A stretch of 64,000 nt of DNA from Rhynchobatus australiae (Eukaryota), in NCBI GenBank assembly GCA_034780895.1, contig JAUZTB010000064.1:80413994-80477993 (forward strand). The letters are read 5' to 3'. How positions within the stretch are numbered: position 1 is the first letter of the stretch; each line of letters opens with the position of its first letter. The notes under the pieces are model-generated. The model had not been told where the DNA came from and made no database searches. It worked only from the letters and a program-made list of their open reading frames with translations. Below are positions 62,321 to 64,000 of the stretch, one piece after another. The position numbers and the translations under genes are program-made.

Positions 62321-62446
62321 GCAGAGTAGATAGTAGCTTGGATGTCAATGGGAAGCTAACTTCTGTAAGTGAGGGAATTGGGCCTTTGTGTGTGACAGAT
62401 GTCTTTCAATTTGGTCAGTGTTTTTGGAGCCAGAAATTCTTTAGAC

Positions 62447-62602
62447 AAAATGAAAACAGAAATGCTGGGAGCACTCAGCAGGTCAGGCAGTGTCTGTGGA
62501 AAGAAAAACAGAGTTAATGTTTGAGGTCAAATGTTGTGGCTGACTTATTTCCAGTATTTTCTGTTCTTGTTTCAGATATCCAACTTCTGCAGGTTTTTAT
62601 TT
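62447..62602. mobile_element. Fold-back Penelope terminal-repeat element
   Basis: AACAGAAATGCTGGGAGCACTCAGC versus GCTGACTTATTTCCAGTATTTTCTGTT. Confidence 0.6.
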
Positions 62603-64000
62603 TTAATGCTCAGACAATGCAGATCTTCCTTAAGTGTTATGAAATGGGGGGAACATGTGGGTTATAGTTGATATCTATAATTGATATCTACACTGATTAT
62701 CAGGAGGGTAGACAGGATGATATTGGGCCATATGGTTCTTAATTGTCAGGATAATTTCTATCAGTTAGGGTTATTTACAATGTACTGTCAGTCTAGAGAA
62801 GCCTCAGAGATCAGTGTGTTATGCAAGCAACTTTGGAGGTTTCTTTCCCCCATTTTGGGGCATTGGTGCTTTGGAGCCTGTGAGTTTAAATCTGACTCAT
62901 AAAATATATGACAAGCACCCTTTATCTGCAGTTATGATAGCTATAAATAATTCCTACTTTATTATTGCTCTTTCAATACCAACAAATTAAACCATTAAGT
63001 CATTCTCTAAAGCATAACTTGAGCTGCCAGTCTTCTCAACTGTTTTTTTTAATAAAGGGTAATTCTGTATTTTCTGTAATTGCTCCTGCAATTTTATTTA
63101 TGTGCATCTGCTAAACGCAGCTAAACCAATGGAATTATACATGACGTTGACAAATCAGTGAAGATTTCTTTTGTGTATCCAAAAATGGATTTTTTTTGGT
63201 CAGAAGAATTCACAAATAACATATATTCATATAATTCATATTAAGTTTCTATTTACATACTTATTTATAAAGCAATGATACAAAGCATAGTTAAGTTGCT
63301 GGAGTTTAACTTAATGTAAGCAAATGCTCAAAGGTTGTAAATTGATAAATGGATGAGCTTTATAGTTCCATGAGGTGAATACTACAGTTGAAATATTTGA
63401 AGCAGTTCTCTGAATCCAGTTTGTTTTCTAATTTGCATTTTCAGCTTTGCTCAACACTTGCATTTATTAGTAATTATCCAGATTATGCATAGAATATTTG
63501 ACATGGCTCTCAGAGTTTAATTGCAAAGGTGTCTCATTATTCTACAAATAATTAAATCCAATATTTTATTATAGTGTGCTTTATGCTTCAAAGTCTTGAA
63601 TTATTCAGAAAACGGCATTTGTTGTACACTGACAGATCCTCATTAGCATAATATCTGGTCTGATGGGTCAAATCAATCATGCAAAGAAAATTCACAAACT
63701 GGTGGGCTTGTCATCTCCTGTTAGCTAAGACTGCAAAATTGTCCTTAAAGCAGAACTCTAAGTATTGATAGCATATGGCACCCATTACATTTTACCTCAA
63801 AGTAACTGTTTCATTTACTAGCTCGTACCAAGAATGGTAACAATATTTTAGAAGAAGCAGTGGACTTTTTTGAGTTTGTATTTGTTGCCAGTGATGCAGG
63901 TACTATTCACTATTATAACAAGAAACCTGACTCTGGATTATGTACTCACTGTTAACACATCAATGAAACTTCCTTGAGTCTGAATTGGCACATTTTAATT

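Overview
This is vertebrate nuclear DNA. The repeat content (V-SINE/HE1-like SINEs, SacSINE1-like DeuSINEs, CR1, L2, RTE, Rex/Babar and Penelope fragments, Harbinger remnants) points to a cartilaginous fish; that assignment is inferred from recalled repeat families. The assembly is scaffolded, with many N gaps. I found no host protein-coding exon I could recognise, and no rRNA, tRNA gene or CRISPR array. The supplied ORFs are chance ORFs, ORFs running through gaps, or decayed transposon fragments, so the window is probably a very long intron or intergenic DNA. The most notable patterns are: (i) about a dozen Penelope-derived terminal repeats, seven of which carry degenerate minimal Type I hammerhead ribozyme motifs; (ii) several of these arranged as self-complementary fold-back elements, one with a perfect 12-bp target-site duplication; (iii) three + strand AG|GT junctions 14-17 kb apart that resemble recursive splice sites; (iv) two decayed Harbinger transposases; and (v) repeat-poor islands with candidate regulatory motifs. 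All repeat-family calls were made by eye without a database, and boundaries are approximate.
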